Positions 61,621 to 64,000 of a DNA stretch of 64,000 nucleotides are shown here, in pieces (the first letter of the stretch is position 1; each line of letters opens with the position of its first letter). Location of the stretch: the NCBI RefSeq assembly GCF_009914755.1, contig NC_060926.1. One strand, written 5' to 3'. Source of the DNA: the human T2T-CHM13v2.0 reference genome, Homo sapiens. Under the pieces are notes generated by a model. It was not told the DNA's origin. It was given only the letters and a program-made list of their open reading frames with translations, and ran no database searches. The position numbers and the translations under genes were made by a program.

Positions 61621-62398
61621 GTAAGCATCAATTACTTATCTAAAATTTGTAATAAGAAAAGTCTTCATAATTCATGATTGTGTTTATCTTTATGTTAGTA
61701 AATTTCTATGTTGGTTCTATTCTTCCCCTTATATTTTAAGAAAAGAAGTAAGAAAGTAAATGATTATTTTTCTGAAAGAAAAAATTAATGTATTTATTAT
61801 TATTCATAGACCTTCAACTACTCTTAGAAAGCCTTTGGTGACTCCTGGGAACAAGCTGAGTCAGGAACAAAAGTTTGAGGGTTTGGGGTTGAGAATAGGA
61901 CAATTACTTGGCTAATGCTTTAGTCTAGTTCTGATTTTGCTACTCCTTAGTTGCTTTGTGATGACTACTTGCACATGTGTCTGTTTGTGAGTTATTTTTG
62001 TGAGCATGCTGCTACCAGCCTGTGTGGATGTCTGTGGTTTCACATGATACATTTTATTTTCTAAAGTCTACTGAATTTTATGGTTTTTTTTTCAAAAATA
62101 GAAACTCATATTCTTTCCTTCTTAATTTAGTTTCTTTCAGGACATTCTCATGAGACTGGTGAAATATAACTGCGAAGTAGCATGATAACTGTGAAATAGC
62201 ATGATCATTGTGAAAGCTATATGACCCAAAACTTCCATAGGAATAAGTGCAATGCTTGCATATCTGAAACCTGCTGTTACATCTCTTTGCACTTAATAAA
62301 TATGTGTTGACTGATTCATTCTCCTGGGTGGTGCTGAGAAAGTAAAAATCATGGCTGATAAAAATTCTGTTTATGGTTTTGTCTAACTTATTTTTCAG

Positions 62399-62547
62399 TT
62401 GAGATATAGGCTACTCTTCCCAACTCAGTCTTGAAGAGTATCACCAACTGCCTCATGTGTGGTGACCTTCACTGTCGTATGCCAGTGACTCATCTGGAGT
62501 AATCTCAACAACGAGTTACCAATACTTGCTCTTGATTGATAAACAGA
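62399..62547 (+). other. IL1RL1: IL1RL1 exon 2, 5'UTR portion
   Basis: Branch-like ctaac plus ttatttttcag| acceptor ending at 62398. Confidence 0.9.
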
Positions 62548-62608
62548 ATGGGGTTTTGGATCTTAGCAATTCTCACAATTCTCATGTATTCCACAGCAGC
62601 AAAGTTTA
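62548..62608 (+). CDS. IL1RL1: IL1RL1/ST2 signal peptide (exon 2 coding part)
   Basis: MGFWILAILTILMYSTAAKF + 1 nt; donor GTAAGT at 62609; too short for the ORF track. Confidence 0.97.
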
Positions 62609-63119
62609 GTAAGTATTGCCTTCTAAGTATAATTTAAATTTTTATAAATTAAATAATTTCAAGAACATTTACCTTGTTTTAAGCAGTTTGCTTCCAGTTG
62701 TTCCAGTTGAATTGTAAACTGAAAAATATATTGCTTTTGTACAATCATTTTTCATTACAAATCTATCAGAAGAAATTCTTTGTAATGAATATATCATCAG
62801 TTTGGCTTTGCATATTCAAATGCAGCAGAATTTAATGTGGTGCCTGCACATGGGAAGTGTTGTGGATGTTTATTGACTGACACACAGTTTGTTTAGATAG
62901 ATAAGGCTGCTTTTCCATTGGATAACTGTGGGGGATTTAGCTCCAAATTAATTCATTAACATTTCATAAGAGATCTTAACAGTTACTTATTCTTTCCCAA
63001 GGTATCACAGTATATGACCGGCTTCTAAATTTAATCCTAGAAGAAAATATTGAGAGTATAAGAATTATGATCTTTTCATTTGATCATTTCAGGATTGTCT
63101 TTATATCTTTTATTTGCAG

Positions 63120-63330
63120 GTAAACAATCATGGGGCCTGGAAAATGAGGCTTTAATTGTAAGATGTCCTAGACAAGGAAAACCTAGTTACACCGTGGATT
63201 GGTATTACTCACAAACAAACAAAAGTATTCCCACTCAGGAAAGAAATCGTGTGTTTGCCTCAGGCCAACTTCTGAAGTTTCTACCAGCTGCAGTTGCTGA
63301 TTCTGGTATTTATACCTGTATTGTCAGAAG
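63120..63330 (+). CDS. IL1RL1: IL1RL1/ST2 exon 3, first Ig-like domain
   Basis: Acceptor tttgcag| at 63119; phase 1 joins A+GT=Ser; KQSWGLENEALIVRCPRQ...W...DSGIYTCIVR Ig motif; donor AAG|GTATTA at 63331. Confidence 0.97.
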
Positions 63331-63854
63331 GTATTATGCAGAAGGCTCCCATCTTCTTTCACCCTGCTCCCCTTTCTTCAGTGGTTGATTGCCTGAGCTG
63401 CCCTTGCTTTCATTCCTTCCCTAGTCCTTTCTGGAACAGTTAAATTTATAAAATGATTTGAATAAAAGTGATTTGGATAAACTTCTAGGAATACTATCAG
63501 GTTGAGGTCTAGCTCATTCTGAGCTATTTGGATTTACAGTTGCAGGGATTGATTTGTAGCTGACTTAGAGAAAAACCTAGCTTTCCTAGTGACCAAGATA
63601 ACTGAGAGCAATTGCTTACTTTTGGCTGGAATTAAGAACAAACTAGCACAGAAAATAGTAATCTGGATGTTTTCCATCTCAGGGGGCCTCTAGTAGGTGA
63701 AAAGGGGCTTCTAACCTTCAAGTTAAGCCACAGAAGGCTGATGAGATTGTGTGCCTAAAAATTAATTACTTTTGTTCACAAATTGTTAAATGTTTTGATT
63801 TTGTGGCTGTATTTGGCACACACAAAATGTCAAATGAATTAAATCAAAAAGCAG

Positions 63855-64000
63855 GATGTATTAGTTAAGGGCCTAGGTCTGAGACTAGACAAGTGTCAAA
63901 TTCATGCTCTGCCACTAGTTAACTGTGCGATGCCAGCAAGTTACTTCTCTGCCCTTCAGTTTCCTTCTCTGTAAAATGCATATAATGTAATAATATATTT
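63855..64000 (+). mobile_element. MIR
   Basis: gctctgccactagttaactgtg...cagtttccttctctgtaaaatg. Confidence 0.75.

Noticed and set aside
63080-63388. 102-aa ORF as a standalone gene
   Set aside because: It is IL1RL1 exon 3 plus intronic read-through on both sides

Overview
Human (primate) genomic DNA, AT-rich and repeat-dense, covering the 5' part of IL1RL1 (ST2, the IL-33 receptor) on the + strand plus about 35 kb upstream. Identification rests on the translated exons: signal peptide MGFWILAILTILMYSTAAKF and first Ig domain SKQSWGLENEALIVRCPRQ...DSGIYTCIVR. Both known non-coding first exons are present with canonical splice sites: distal 1a (about 35.8 kb, TATA plus GATA sites) and proximal 1b (about 61.5 kb). 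They are followed by exon 2 (ATG at 62548) and exon 3; the gene continues beyond the window. Intron 1 holds a dead full-length L1PA (about PA4/early PA3). The rest is Alu, old L1M, L2, MIR, MaLR/ERV LTRs, a MER82 and simple repeats. Nearly all listed ORFs are repeat-derived or chance. I see no clearly new biological system. The best leads are a candidate far-upstream promoter/exon chain at about 15.7-21 kb, promoter-specific uORFs made by splicing, and an extended ORF0 in the intronic L1. Repeat subfamily names are from memory and repeat boundaries are approximate.
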